A stretch of DNA of 64,000 nucleotides from Azolla caroliniana (Eukaryota > Plantae > Polypodiophyta). The stretch is taken from NCBI GenBank assembly GCA_043228905.1, contig JBHGNT010000018.1:8184001-8248000 (forward strand). Direction: 5' to 3'. A program made the position numbers and the translations under genes. Position 1 is the first letter of the stretch; each line of letters opens with the position of its first letter. This document shows, one piece after another, positions 37,265 to 50,225 of the stretch. The notes under the pieces were generated by a model that was not told the origin of the DNA, did no database searches, and saw only the letters and a list, made by a program, of their open reading frames with translations.

Positions 37265-40200
37265 TACTCCCCTTCTTTAAAACATTGCACTCTTGCAATG
37301 GAAAGTTAGGGAAGTTAGTTCTAAGAGTATTTTCGCGTTCCCATGTGGCATCTTTTATTGATTTATCCATCCATTTTATTTTGAATTCTCGGATTTCTTT
37401 AGTACGTAATTTTTTTGTTTTAACATCGAGAATTCTTTCTGGTACATGTGGTTTAGAAGATAATTCTTCAGAAGTAACCAGAGTTTCAGTCGTAACTGTA
37501 TTGTCGCCAGAACCTAGAAGTTCTTTTAGACGACTCACATGAAAGACTGGATGAATTCCGACACCATCGGGAAGAGCGAGACGATAGGCTGATGACCCAA
37601 TTCGTTTGAGGACTGTAAAAGGTCCACAAAACCGTGGGGCTAACTTAGCGCACTTACCTGTAGACAATGTCTTAGAATTGTGAGGTACACGTAAAAATAC
37701 CTTCTGTCCAGGGTTGAATACACGAGGTTGCCTATGATGATCGGCATAAAAACGCGCTCTATCTTGAGCTGTTTTTATATTATCTCGTGCAATATGCAAC
37801 ATATCTTGCATATCCCGAAGAAAGTTTTGCGTACTTCGCAACTCATCATGATGTATAGTAACATCTATCGGGGCTCGTGGCTGAAAACCATACATCAACA
37901 TAAAAGGACTATATCCCGTCGACGTATGCTTGGAGCTGTTATAAGCAAACTCCAAAATTGGGAGATAACGTTCCCATTTTGTTGGTTTTGCACCAACGTA
38001 TGCTCGAAGCATGTCCTCAATAATTTGATTTACTCGTTCTGTCTGTCCATCGGATTGAGGATGATCCGTGGAGCTCATGCTCAACGTAGTTTCTAACTTC
38101 TTAAAGACTTGTGTCCAGAAGTCACTAGTAAACTTTGGATCTCGATCACTCACGATATCCATCGGTAACCCATAAAAACGAAACAATTCGTCAACGAATT
38201 GGTAAGCCAATTCAGGAGCTGTTACCGTGGTTTTAGTAGCAATAAATCTGGCCATTTTAGTTAGTCGATCAACGACAACCCAGATGGCATCATGACCTTT
38301 TTGGGTGCGAGGAAGGCTAACGATAAAATCCATGGATATACTTTCCCACTTATTATTGGGAATGTCCAGGGGATGTAAAAGTCCTGCGACTTTAAGTCGC
38401 TCGGCTTTGTTAACCTGACACTGGTGACATTTAGTCACATAGCTATGTATGTCAGGACGCATCTTAGGCCAATAAAATTGAGTGGAGATGAGAACGAGTG
38501 TACGATGTATTCCAGGGTGCCCTGCTGAGGGTGCATCATGGCATTCAAAAAGAATCCTCTTTTTGACCTCGGGTAAATCTGGAACACAAACCTTCCCATT
38601 ATGGTAGAGCAAACCGTTAGCAATGTGGAAGTATTCCTTCGAGGATGTGGTGGTGTCTGTTCCAGACTCAACTCTTGCCCAGTATTTTGCGAAATAACTG
38701 TCATCAGGATACTTTCCTCGAAGGTGATCATAAAGATCTGATGATATTTCAGTGAAGCTAAGCGTGTTAACTTCACGGATGCGACTTAGTGCATCAGCGA
38801 CAGTGTTCATGGAACCTTTACGATATCGTATGGAAAAATCAAAGTCCTGGATGAGATCAGCCCATCGTGCCTTACGACCTTTCAGGTCTTGTTGGTCACA
38901 AAAATATTTCAAGGACTCGTGGTCCGTAGTTACCACAAAGTGATTTCCATAAAGATAATGGCGCCATGTTTTGAGCGCATGTATAACTGCAAATAATTCC
39001 TTTTCTTGAACGGTATACCGACATTGAGCAGAATCAAGTTTCTTACTCTCGAATGCTATTGGTTTACCATCTTGATACAAGACAGCACCTATAGCATAAT
39101 CGCTTGCATCGGTTTCAACCTCAAAAGGTTTTGAAGGATCGGGTAAAAGAAGTGAAGGAGCCTTGCAAACCAGGTCCTTGAGTTCCGTAAAGGCAAGGTC
39201 TAGTGTAGCATTCCACACAATAGGTTTTGTAGACTTACGCGTTTGACCTTTTAAAAGATCAGTAAACGGCGTCGTCAATTGGGAGTAATTACGAAGAGAC
39301 TTTCGCAAAAACCCCACAAAACCAAGGAATGATCGAACTTCTCGAATATTCCGAAGAGTGGGCCAAAGCTTGATTTTCTCAATGCGAGAAGGATCAATTT
39401 CAACTCCTCGTTCGGTTATGAGATGTCCTAGATAAGTAATTGATTTCTTGAAGAACTCACATTTTGAGATCTTCGCATAAAACTGTTTGTCACGCAATGT
39501 TTGTAAAACAAAGCGGACATGTCTAGCATGTTCTTGTAATGTACGGCTATAAACTAAAATATCATCCAAGAAAATAACGACAAATTTTCCAAGTTGTTCT
39601 CGGAAAATGTCATTCATTTCTTGTTGAAAAGTAGCCGGAGCATTGGTCAAACCAAAAGGCATAACCAAAAACTCGTAATGGCCATAGCGCGTACGAAATG
39701 CCGTTTTAGGAACATCGTCCTCACTTATTCGTATTTGATGGTAGCCAGTACGGAGATCAAGTTTCGTAAAATACCGAGCTCCCTGGAGACGGTCAATTAG
39801 ATCGTCAGCCCGGGGCAATGGATACGAATTCTTGATCGTCACTTTATTCAAGCGTCGGTAATTAATACACATACGCCATGTGCCCTCTTTCTTTTTAACC
39901 AAGAGAACTGGTGCACCCCATGGAGATTTACTATAACGTATATAACCCATTCGTAAATAGTCCCTGAGTTGCTTAGATACCTCATCTTCTTCGGATCGAC
40001 TTAAGCGATACGGAGGTATACTTATTGGTGCAACACCAGGTACAATATCTATACGATGGTCTATATTACGTTTAGGAGGTAACCCATCAGGTAGTTCACT
40101 TGGAAAAACATCATGAAAATCATTTAAGATTTCATCAAGTTGTTGTTGTTCAAAATATGTTAATTGAATCGGGACATTATCGATATTGTAAACGTGAATG

Positions 40201-41684
40201 TCCGGATCAAGTACACAATAAAATAACGTAGAACAAGACAACTCGGATATTGATGGACACGAGGAAACAATCGAGAGGGATTGTTTTTTTACACATTGAA
40301 TAAAATGCGTACAATCGTTCAGTACAAAAGAAATGGAATGACGAACCCAATCAATAAATAAAGAAGAGTTTTTATTATAAAACCAGGGATAACCCAGTAT
40401 TACATCGGTGGTACAAAGATTCATTACATGGAAGTCTACTTCCTCTATATAAGTATCAATAGAAATTCCTAATGAATGAATCGCCCCGTTGATGTATTGT
40501 ACTCTTCCATCAGCCAAGTGCACCGTGTAGGTGTGATCACTTACGGTGGGTTGGATTCCCCATATCTGAACCAAACGATCATTCACAAAATTGTGTGAGC
40601 TTCCCGAATCAAATAAAAACTGTACGGGAGATCCATTGATATACCCGTTTGCACGTAGTAAATCATTGGGACCCAATACATAGTGAGGGAAAGAACATTG
40701 ACAATGACTTAAATGATGTGTATAGACCTGAAGGACATTAGGAATCTGACCTTTATGGTCTGCAGCTTTAGCTTTGTTGTCGTGCTCTTTCCGTTGGAGC
40801 TTTCGACATTGATCTTTTGTATGACCCTTCTTTTTGCAGAATACACAAAAAGGATGTTGTCGCTTACAATCGCGATCCAGGAATTCGTTGGGTGTCTTGC
40901 GTTTCCCAACAAATTGCGACTGCTTAGTCCCGGGCGCTTCGTTGGGTTTGTTATGGTCCTTCTTCGAAGTGCGTTGATAGCGAAGAACTATTTCAACGGC
41001 CTCTTCGAAGGATTTTGGATCCTTATCGTGCACTATCCAGTGATAGTCCGAATTGGGGATGCCATTGACAAAACAAGCTATCAACCAATTGTCCCCTTCT
41101 AGACCCGATTTTTGGATTTGGGTTCTAGCATGGTGAACATAGTCTTCTAGCGAGGAAAATTTCCTGCTAGAGAGGTTCATTAAAGCTTGTGCTGCCTCGG
41201 TTCGAGAGGGAGGTTGCAGAAATTGGCCCTTAAAAACCGTGACAAAATCTGTCCGGGTATCGGGCAATTTCCCCATAGTACGGAGGCCACGCCACCAGGC
41301 GGCGGCCTTACCCCCGAGTTCTCGGCCGACATATGCAATCTTCGTACTATCTGGCGTGGGATAGAGCTCAAAATGAGACTCCCATCGTCCCAGCCATGTG
41401 CAGATTGCTTCTTCGGTTCTTTCCTTTTTGTCTCCCGTAAATGGCTTAACGACAAATGATGGTTCACCTTGTCGCTCATCAGGTCTATTAGTCTCACGTT
41501 GTAGGCTAATGACACGTGCCTCAAGAGCACTCTGAGATTGCCGAAGTTCGGTCATCTGTTGAGCGGTGAAACTAAGGAATTGGGTTATTTGTGCCAAATA
41601 CATCTCAGTGGACATTTGTCCAGGAGGATTCCCTTGAGTTCCTTCCGCTTGAGCGGATGACATCGGGTCGTTAATTTGAGCCAT
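37251..41684 (-). CDS. gag-pol: Gypsy Gag-Pol polyprotein, 1477 aa (gag, CCHC, PR, RT, RNase H, IN, chromodomain)
   Basis: [14 protein letters not shown]; [10 protein letters not shown]; MPFGLTNAP and FLDDILVY; VETDASDYA; HHCC zinc finger with DDE core; GPF motif; PERILD...IKW...DATWE chromodomain. No stops. Confidence 0.97.
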   Translation of the reverse strand: MAQINDPMSSAQAEGTQGNPPGQMSTEMYLAQITQFLSFTAQQMTELRQSQSALEARVISLQRETNRPDERQGEPSFVVKPFTGDKKERTEEAICTWLGRWESHFELYPTPDSTKIAYVGRELGGKAAAWWRGLRTMGKLPDTRTDFVTVFKGQFLQPPSRTEAAQALMNLSSRKFSSLEDYVHHARTQIQKSGLEGDNWLIACFVNGIPNSDYHWIVHDKDPKSFEEAVEIVLRYQRTSKKDHNKPNEAPGTKQSQFVGKRKTPNEFLDRDCKRQHPFCVFCKKKGHTKDQCRKLQRKEHDNKAKAADHKGQIPNVLQVYTHHLSHCQCSFPHYVLGPNDLLRANGYINGSPVQFLFDSGSSHNFVNDRLVQIWGIQPTVSDHTYTVHLADGRVQYINGAIHSLGISIDTYIEEVDFHVMNLCTTDVILGYPWFYNKNSSLFIDWVRHSISFVLNDCTHFIQCVKKQSLSIVSSCPSISELSCSTLFYCVLDPDIHVYNIDNVPIQLTYFEQQQLDEILNDFHDVFPSELPDGLPPKRNIDHRIDIVPGVAPISIPPYRLSRSEEDEVSKQLRDYLRMGYIRYSKSPWGAPVLLVKKKEGTWRMCINYRRLNKVTIKNSYPLPRADDLIDRLQGARYFTKLDLRTGYHQIRISEDDVPKTAFRTRYGHYEFLVMPFGLTNAPATFQQEMNDIFREQLGKFVVIFLDDILVYSRTLQEHARHVRFVLQTLRDKQFYAKISKCEFFKKSITYLGHLITERGVEIDPSRIEKIKLWPTLRNIREVRSFLGFVGFLRKSLRNYSQLTTPFTDLLKGQTRKSTKPIVWNATLDLAFTELKDLVCKAPSLLLPDPSKPFEVETDASDYAIGAVLYQDGKPIAFESKKLDSAQCRYTVQEKELFAVIHALKTWRHYLYGNHFVVTTDHESLKYFCDQQDLKGRKARWADLIQDFDFSIRYRKGSMNTVADALSRIREVNTLSFTEISSDLYDHLRGKYPDDSYFAKYWARVESGTDTTTSSKEYFHIANGLLYHNGKVCVPDLPEVKKRILFECHDAPSAGHPGIHRTLVLISTQFYWPKMRPDIHSYVTKCHQCQVNKAERLKVAGLLHPLDIPNNKWESISMDFIVSLPRTQKGHDAIWVVVDRLTKMARFIATKTTVTAPELAYQFVDELFRFYGLPMDIVSDRDPKFTSDFWTQVFKKLETTLSMSSTDHPQSDGQTERVNQIIEDMLRAYVGAKPTKWERYLPILEFAYNSSKHTSTGYSPFMLMYGFQPRAPIDVTIHHDELRSTQNFLRDMQDMLHIARDNIKTAQDRARFYADHHRQPRVFNPGQKVFLRVPHNSKTLSTGKCAKLAPRFCGPFTVLKRIGSSAYRLALPDGVGIHPVFHVSRLKELLGSGDNTVTTETLVTSEELSSKPHVPERILDVKTKKLRTKEIREFKIKWMDKSIKDATWERENTLRTNFPNFPLQECNVLKKGSMLRA

Positions 41685-42861
41685 TAAAGATTATTTCTGG
41701 AAAAGAAATAGGATAAGGTCAGAGATATAGTCATAACATCTTGTCGTGATGTAAACATATCATGGGCGAGCATTAATCGATATCATTATCTCACGTCAAT
41801 ACCCCTCTAGACGTATGAGATGAGGTTCAAGATCAGGTTACTATGGTAACACAAAGGTGTTTTAAAAACCATGGGGGTGACAAATAAATGTCTTTCCCTG
41901 ATCTCTATATCGATTTTTTCATGGTGGCTCCCCGAGGCTCAACCATGTATGTTCGCGTCATGAATAGTTTATACACGAAAAAAAAAATGTTAACAATAAA
42001 CTATGTTTCGGTGCCCACATAAGTGGTTTCGGCTCTTTAAGTCCTATTACGAGGACCCCGAGGTGCACTTAGACCTTAAGTCTAAACATGTGTTATAGTC
42101 ATATGTATCAAGGATGTTGTATGGTCTTGGTCATATTTGAACTCGAGACCTCGAGAACAAATACATTAAACACTTGAGCCAACCAAGTAAGTTGCTCTTC
42201 TCGAATGCTTAATGTTTGATGCGTATAAGAGATATGCGAGGCAATTGATCATATACGTTTTTTTAAAAGAACATATATGTCAAGGGTCCTTATTTCGCCC
42301 TCATTTACCAACACTATGTTGGTACGTTACCTAACCTCAAGTCTCGTAATTACGATGGCATATGTCAAAGGGCAACCTAATGGTCAAGCCAAATGAGCCC
42401 TCGTTTCGTAGTAGGCTCACGTGGGCCATCACATGGTCACGTCATTACGAATGCCTCTCGTAAGAACGAGCTCATGGTGGCATCGTATCCATGTAACGAG
42501 GGAAGGATGTTGGATACGTGCGTCATTGGAGCGACCTCACTTGAAGTGGGTCAAGCCCTACGTACTCAACATCATTTTGGCTATTGGCGTTTCTTTACGT
42601 AACGAAATCGAGGTCGTCAACGGGGTTATCAACAATAAAAAAATGTTGAAAAAGGGATGGTGACAACGCCATTCTCACAAAAATGTGAGGACGGCCACCA
42701 ACATCCTTTTCCCGATCATGACAACTTTCGATATAATCACGTAATAACGAATATACACATATGGTTACTTATCACATATATACGATCAAATACGTATATA
42801 TGTGACCACATATGCCTATATTCAACATATCGTTATAGTAAATAGCCACAAATGATGTGAT

Positions 42862-43130
42862 CGAGATACGTAATCGAGGTATATACCTCTACGCACACGA
42901 AACATCCACAAATAAGAGATCATCGTAATACGCAATGGAGGTATTGACCTCTTACGCATACGAGACCAAACGCATATCGTTTACAACAAATCAAGGTATG
43001 AAACTCATACGCAAACGTAACATATGTTCGTGAACGTAATACGTAATTGAGGTATTAACCTCGTACGCATACGACACTCATCACATATTATTAACATGTC
43101 AAACGAGGTATTGACCCCGTGCACATATGT
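42862..43130. repeat. Five spaced palindromic repeats (GAGGT-N4-ACCTC-NTACGCA) in the gypsy 5' leader
   Basis: Cores at 42876, 42938, 42993, 43049 and 43105; spacings 62, 55, 56 and 56 bp. Confidence 0.8.
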
Positions 43131-43376
43131 AAACGTTTTAGATAATCAATTAAAGACCACTACAACATCATTGATTTAATGAAAAAAATTACATATAAAC
43201 TAAACACATGATTAGATGGGAGAAGAGAGAATAGAAAGAAAAATTCTAGAAAGAGTTACCGAAGTTCTTTGTTGATCGTTGTCTGGATCAAGGCCAACCG
43301 CACAACGATCGATCAGCATCAATCAAAAGACAAATGAAGAACAAAGAAACATTAGTACAAAAAATCTGATACCAAA

Positions 43377-43831
43377 TATTATAGATCTTAGTACTAACGT
43401 AAGCTTAAGATAAGGATAATGAAAAGATAGATAGAAAGGAGAAAGAGAAAGAAGGGTGCCGATCCACCCGACCACCCCCGAGCGAAGGGATCGAGACGGA
43501 CGCGAGCCTCGATCGGCGTCCCATACCACCGTCGTGGCGTCGAGTCGTACCTGGTGCTGGCGCGCTCGCTACAAGAGTTGACCCACCACACGAGCAGAGT
43601 CTCGATGTAGTCAAAAGATGCCCAAATGAGGGTAGCTAGGCCTCTTATTTATAGCGAAACCCAAGGCCCCCAGGCAAGTTCACACTTGACCTAATGGGTT
43701 GTCTCAATCCCGAGGATTAAAAGTAATCCTCCCCTTCTTTACACTCTCATTTAACCCTCACACTTATCCACGTGTATAGATTACTACGGTAAATTCTTAC
43801 CACGGGATATTATATGGTCATGCTCGTAACA
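43377..43831 (-). repeat. 5' LTR of gypsy element
   Basis: Adjacent to the PBS with a 2-nt spacer; matches the 3' LTR. Confidence 0.97.
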
Positions 43832-46800
43832 CAGCTCTAGCTTATTCATCCGATCCGGATCCAGTTGAGCTTGCTCGCTCAACACTCCCCCTCAAACTCA
43901 ATTTGAGGTCGGATCGTGATGTCAGTATCTATGGTAGTTAGTTATTCCGTCCGACTCCTTCTAGCGTCCTGCCGCCTCGCTCGCGCTCCTTGTCCGGTCC
44001 GGTTCTTCCTTCCACGACCCGTCCAATATTGCGCTTCCCGACCTTCTTGGTCGACATGTCTACGCAATTTTCCCTTCTCAGGTTCCTCGTTGTCATGACT
44101 CCGACACTTGTCGACTGGCCGGTTCCTTTGTGTTGCCGTTGACTTCCGCTGCCTTCTCATCCACTTGACCTTTAGTTGATCTGAGTCATCCGAATCCAAC
44201 TTTTGAATCGAAATGGCTGTCTCCGATTCATTCCAGCTCTTGTCCGAGTTGGTAGTCTCCAATTCGTCTTCCGTTTTTAGGCCTTTCACAACATCGAACC
44301 ATGTCCGGGTCTTGGCCTTCTCCTTCCAGTCGGCTCTGTCCTTTTTGAGTTTGTTGCCGCTGCCACTTGCTCCGACTTGCTCGGATATGTCGACTTTTCC
44401 AGTTGACTCGGCTTCCTTTTTCTTCTTATCTCCCCTTGTCTTGGTTTGTTCCTCTTTCTCTTCGGCTCCTTGTTCGGTGCCATTACCTGTTTTGGTTCCC
44501 GTTCTCCCCCTCAAGTGCGGTACATCGAGATGTTGAATGCCGAGCATCTCCGAAAAGTGTTGCAACTTGTCCGATTCGAGCGGCTTGGTGAAGATGTCAG
44601 CAACCTACTGATCTGTGTGAACATACCGAAGTTTAACTTCACCGCTGAGGACCTGCTCACGGACAAAGTGATAATGCACTTCTATGTGCTTTGTCCGAGC
44701 ATGGAATACAGGGTTCTTGGCAAGCTGTATGCTGCTTACATTGTCGCAATACATCAGGATCGGGGTCGGCACATCGATCGGGAGGTCTCACAATAGTTGC
44801 CAAAGCCAGATGGCTTCACAAGTGGCATTGGTTGTGCCCCAATATTGAGCCTCAGTGCTCGACAGAGCCACTGGTGGCTGCTCCACGCAACAGCCACGCT
44901 ACCAAGAGAGAACATATAATCGGAGGTGGATCGACGATCCGATGCATCACCAGCCCAGTCCGCATCGGTATATCCAACTAGCTTCCCAACTATACCGTGT
45001 CGGTATAACAGTCCCCGATGCCGCTCACATATCACAATAGTCGATGCGGGCAGTGAAGGTGCTCCACGGTCGGCTTCTACATAAACTAGTTGATCACTCC
45101 GACTGGATAACTGATGTCGGGTCGGGTGATTGTCAAGTAGATAAGGATTCCGAAAATTTGTCGGAACCGTTTCTTATTGTAGGCTGGTCCGGAGCCGGGA
45201 TGTAGCTTCAGGTTCTGGTCCAGGGGTGTGGAGATCGGTCGGCATTCCGTCATGCCGAACTTGTACAACATATTCAACACATAATGGCGTTGTGAGAGAA
45301 ATATGCTATCGGGGGTCCGGATCACCTCAATCCCAAGAAAATAACAAAGGTCCCCCAGGTCCTTCATTTCAAATGCGTCCGACAACTGGGACTTCACACG
45401 GCCGATTTCGTCGAGTCTGGCTCCGACGATGACTAGATCATCTACATATAGTAGGATACAAACCGGACCGTCCGAACCTTTCCAGATGAATAGTGAAGAG
45501 TTGGACTTTGAGGCCACAAACCCCATCTTATGCAATCGGTGCGTGATTTTCGCATTCCAAGCTCGGAGGGCTTGCTTCAGACCATAAAGTGACTTTTTGA
45601 GTCAGAACACCACTGACTTATTCAACCCTGATTGAAAACTGGGGGGTTGGATCATATAGACCCATTCTTCAAGGTCACCTTGAAGAAATGCATTCTTCAC
45701 GTCCATTTGGTGAAGATGTCATCCCCTTGCCACAACAATAGCCAGTACCACAGGAACCGTCGTCATTTTCGCTACCGGAGTGAAGGTCACGTCGTAGTTG
45801 ATTCCGTGGGTCTGTGCGTATCCCTTTGCCACTAACTGGGCATTGTATCGGTTGACCGAAACGTCGACATTGTACTTTACCTTATATACCCACTTATAAT
45901 CTATACGTTTACAATGACGGGGATAGTCAACTAGGTCCCATGTGTCGTTGGCATCCAGTGCCCGCATTTCTTCCTCCATAGCAACACGCCAATTTGCGTC
46001 TTTCGCTGCTTCTGCGTAGCTCTCCAGCTCACGCACTTCCACCACCTTGGTCATGTACACATAGTGATGCACCATGTACTCATTGTATCCATACCATTTT
46101 ACGGGGATCTTTTGGAGGGTTGACCGGCGCAATTTTTCGGCAGCCGGTTTGAGGCCCTTCTTGGCCGGTTTAGACTTCGTTTCTAAAGTTTGGCCTTCAT
46201 CCTTTCCAGAGTCAGATTCGCTTTGATTTGACCCTTCATTGCCGGTGTCGTATCCCGACATCTTCTTCTTCCCTTTCTCTTTGTGCGTCAACAGTCTCCT
46301 CGGTTCCTTGCGCGGGGAGAGCATGGGAGAGTCTCCACTACTCGCCAGTTCTTCATCCGACTGGTCATTCCAACTCAGCTACTTATTCGGCCCACTTAGC
46401 TGGAATGAGATTGGACTCTCATCTAGAGTACGAATTCTTCATCTTCTACCCGAACCTCTCCGAGTTCACTAGCCTCATCCTTCGGATTCGGGTCTTCGTC
46501 GGGAGTTGGAGTCGATAGAGAGTACCATGATGCCGACTCATAAAACTCGACATCTCAACTTACTCGGACCTGTTTAGTCCAGGGGTTATAACACTTATAC
46601 CCATTCTGTTCATGCGAGTAGCCGATGAGTATGTATTTCTCCGACTTTGGATCCAGCTTCCTCCGCTTTTGATCCGATACATGCACGTATGCTATGTTAC
46701 TGAATATCCGAAGGTGTCTCAAATTTGGCTTCCACCCGAAATATAGCTCATGTGCTGACACCTTATCTCCAATCTGGTTTTGGATGTAGACGGCCGTCCG

Positions 46801-49800
46801 GACCACCTCAACTGAGTAGAACCTGGGCATGCTTTTCTCCTCCAGCATTGCCCTTACCGTGTCGACAATCGACCGGTTCTTTCTCTCGGCCACACCATTT
46901 TGTTCTGGTGTGTATCAGTAGCTGAATTCTCTCCAAATTCCTTTTTGCTACAGATAACTGTTGAATTGGCCGAAAAAGTATTCTTTTCAACCATCCGACC
47001 GTAGGCACTTGATCTTTCTTTTTGTTTCCCTCTCCACTAGGCTTTGTTGATTTCCGGAAACAGTCGAAGACTTCACTTTTCCTCTCAATGAGGTAGATCC
47101 ATGTGTGCCGGCTGTAGTCATCGATGAAGGAGACGAAATACCGACTCCCGCCAAGACTAACGTTCTGTGTCGGTCCCCATACATCCAAATGGATTAAGTT
47201 GAGCTTGTTAGGGCTCCGATTTTGTTCGGTAGGGAATGGAAGCCGGTGTTGCTTCCCGGGTTGGTAGGCTTCACATATTTGGGTCTTCCGGCCACTAAAT
47301 TTTGGCAATCCGAGAACAACCTGTTTCGATTGCAGGTCTTCAAGCCTCCGGTAGTTGACATGGCCGATTTGCTTGTGCCAGAGATCGATGTCCGATTCAA
47401 TCTTCTGTCCTTTGGCAAACAAGGTGGTGCCTATGTCATTGGTTGTTGAGGATTAACATCCTCCCGTCTCTGCGCCATTGCGTGATTATCCGGTCCTCTT
47501 CCTCGATGAAGCACCCGAGGTGCGTAAACTGCACATGCATTCCCTAGTCGACAATTTGTTCAACTGACACCAGGTTCTTTGTGATTGTTGGAACGTGAAG
47601 TACATTCATCAGCTTTCCCTTTTGTCCAACATGGCTTAAAGGGACTTCTCTGACATGCACAATTGGGTGAGGGGTGTTGTCTCCAGTTTCGACAATTCTC
47701 GGTTGTTCCGGTTTCTCTAAAAACGAGAACCACTCTTCATGGCTCGTCATGTGATTAGATGCTCTGGAATCAACGTACCACACTTCCTCCGATACGGAAG
47801 TGGTCTTCTTCATCGAGTTCGCCTTGTGCTTCATCATGAAGGTTGGCTTTACCGGTTTTCCCGGTTCCGGATCCTTCCGATCCTTTTGCGTAGTGCGAGC
47901 TTCCGGTTTCCTTGTCCGACCTTGTCGGATCCAGATTTGTCCGAATTGGCGCGCTTCTTCCAGCACTCGCTCTCTTTGTGGCCTTTCTTGCCACAATACC
48001 AGCATTCTGTGTCGGCCTTCCCTTGCCAGTTTCTGGCGCCGTTTTGACTCCCCCTACTCGTGGAGGGTTCAGAACTACTGTTGGCACTGTCTCAGTGCCT
48101 TCGATTCAGCTCTTGCTAGCCGCCTCCATTGCGTGCCGACCCACCTCATCCTCCACGCCCAAGGGCCGGTCCGCCTCCGTGTAGAACATTTGGTTGTCCA
48201 GTTGAGTGGTCCTTGACCCACTCGCGTGGTTTTCTTCGACCATCAGCATCGATTGCAGGTCGAAGAAGGACAATGGCTTCTCCCGGGTGCAGATCGCCGT
48301 CCGGATTGGCCTGTACCATTGTGCTAGACCACCAAGGCAAATTTGTACCATTTCGTCTTCGTCCACTGTCACATTGATGGACCCATGTGCGTCACAAATC
48401 TCCTTTATTTTGGTGGTGTACTCCGTAATTGACATATCTCTCTGTCAGATGTTGTTCATCTCTTGCCGGAGCAGCAATTTACGGGCTATGAAACTTGCGG
48501 TGAAAATCTTGCGAAGATTTTCCCATGCCTCCTTCGACGTTTTTGCATCCTTGATGTAGCCGAGCATCTGATCGTGCACACAGGATGCGAGGCAATACAA
48601 CACTCTGCTCGCTCCTTATTCCCATGTTGGGAAGTTCTTGTGTGCCGGCTCCGACACTACATTGTTTGTTCCTTCCACATAGCTCCAATAACCATGCCCC
48701 AGTAGGTACTGGTGCATTTTATATGACCAAGATGCATAGTTGCTCCGGTTGAGTTTTTCTGTGGGAAGCTAACTTGCCATACCTTTGTCCATCTTGGTTC
48801 TCTTCTGTTCTTCACCGGGTGTTAGGGTTTGTCTTTGAAAGCGTCTATCAACTGCAGAGGAGTCTCAACCCTCGCACGCTGATACCATGTTAGAGTTAAT
48901 ATGTGGAAGCGTATGAGAAACCGGCTCAACCGGATACCAATAGAACGTAGAGAAGAAGGTTTAATGGAGACCTTACACAAAGAATACATGAGAGAGATAG
49001 AGAGAGCAGAACATGAAATCAATTCAAAAATAATAATCCTTTGTACATAGAATGTGCTGAGAGAGCACTTTTATACAAGTCCATAAAGGACTAACAAAAG
49101 TACTGATAGGTACTTCAATGCTCATATGAGCGATTGACACTGACTATGCCTATGTACTAGGCTAAATCCGTAGGCCTCTAATGGCCTACCAGTTTCAATC
49201 CGATCCGGCTCCTGGTTCTGAATATCATCCGGACACCGATCCGGCTTTGGCTTATTCAGCCGACTTGGATCCGGTTGAGCTTTCTCGCTTAACAAGGAGT
49301 AAGAGAGGGCGTGAGAGTGAGGAAACTTTGTTGTAACCGTCGCTTGATGAAGAGGAGCTTAAGGTTTGGCTTAGAGTCTCTTGTTGTATTCCTTCCTTCT
49401 ATAATTATCTAGTTTGGAGTTTGCGGACTCCGCGGGTTCTCCCATTCAGGGTTTTCCACGTAAAATATCCGTGTTTGTTGTTTCTTGGTTGTTGTGGTTC
49501 TTGTGTCTCTCATTTTGTACGTGTTGACCAACTGTGGCCGGCTACATATTCTTAACACATTGGGTACCCCCCAACAATTGTCTAGACGGGGCATGTCGAA
49601 AACTTTGCATCCTTTACAATATTGGGGCCTCCATTGGTGTAATTATGGGCATTCATGCCTTGTGTGATAGCCATGGCAAGTTGGGCACCCAATATGTTCT
49701 CTTCTGTTGGAGGATGTGTTGGGGTTGGTGTGGGTTCAAGCCATTTTCATTTGTTGGTTAGGGCCTATGTTGGCACTTGGAGGCCCAACATAGCATAATC

Positions 49801-50225
49801 AAATGTCATCACTATTGAACATGCTTTTCTGAATGATATGCACATTATTAAGAAATTCTGTAGAGTTTGGGCATAAAGCCCGTGGATGAACTAACTCATG
49901 AGCTTATCGTTTATGGGCCAAGGTTGCAACGCATATGCTCTTGTTGCTCTTGCAGTGTTGATGTAAGGAGTGTGAGTCATCGTTGCATGCTTCGTACGAC
50001 GTTCGATTGAAGAAAATAAAACTAGATCTAGAGAAAACGGCAACAACACTAACTGAGGGTGGGTCAACATTTCGGTAGAGCTAATCATGCAAGCAAAACG
50101 TATGACAGACTGCTAAAAGGTTGGTTCGATTGACATGACACTGGTGAGGTGGGTGAAGATGAGACCAAATCATCCTCCCAAACCGGAAAGAGAGAAAGAA
50201 TGTGTGTGTGTGTCGGGGGTTTCTA

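Larger units (their letters stand above)
36810..43831 (-). mobile_element. Intact Ty3/gypsy chromovirus-type LTR retrotransposon
   Basis: TSD CAGCT (36805-09, 43832-36) and two 455-bp LTRs. PBS tggtatcaga 43365-43374, PPT aaagaaggggag 37267-37278, single long ORF. Confidence 0.98.
36499..49294 (-). mobile_element. Copia family A copy 6; 5' LTR 48888-49294, 3' LTR 36499-43884 split by the gypsy
   Basis: TSD AGGAG (36494-98, 49295-99), PBS ending 48887, PPT at 43885. Degenerate gag-pol about 43940-48790. Confidence 0.93.
30400..49557 (+). mobile_element. Family B copia-like 3' end and 3' LTR, split into 30499-30811, 36475-36498 and 49295-49557 by later insertions
   Basis: RNase H-end-like ANMLMKVLFAERLSIC, PPT gaagggggag, then TGTTGGG at 30499. 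The pieces rejoin across TSDs GTGTG and AGGAG and end cttaaca. Confidence 0.7.

Noticed and set aside
42862-43130. CRISPR array
   Set aside because: Eukaryotic retrotransposon context, no cas genes, degenerate repeats and mutually related spacers. Kept only as a leader hairpin array.
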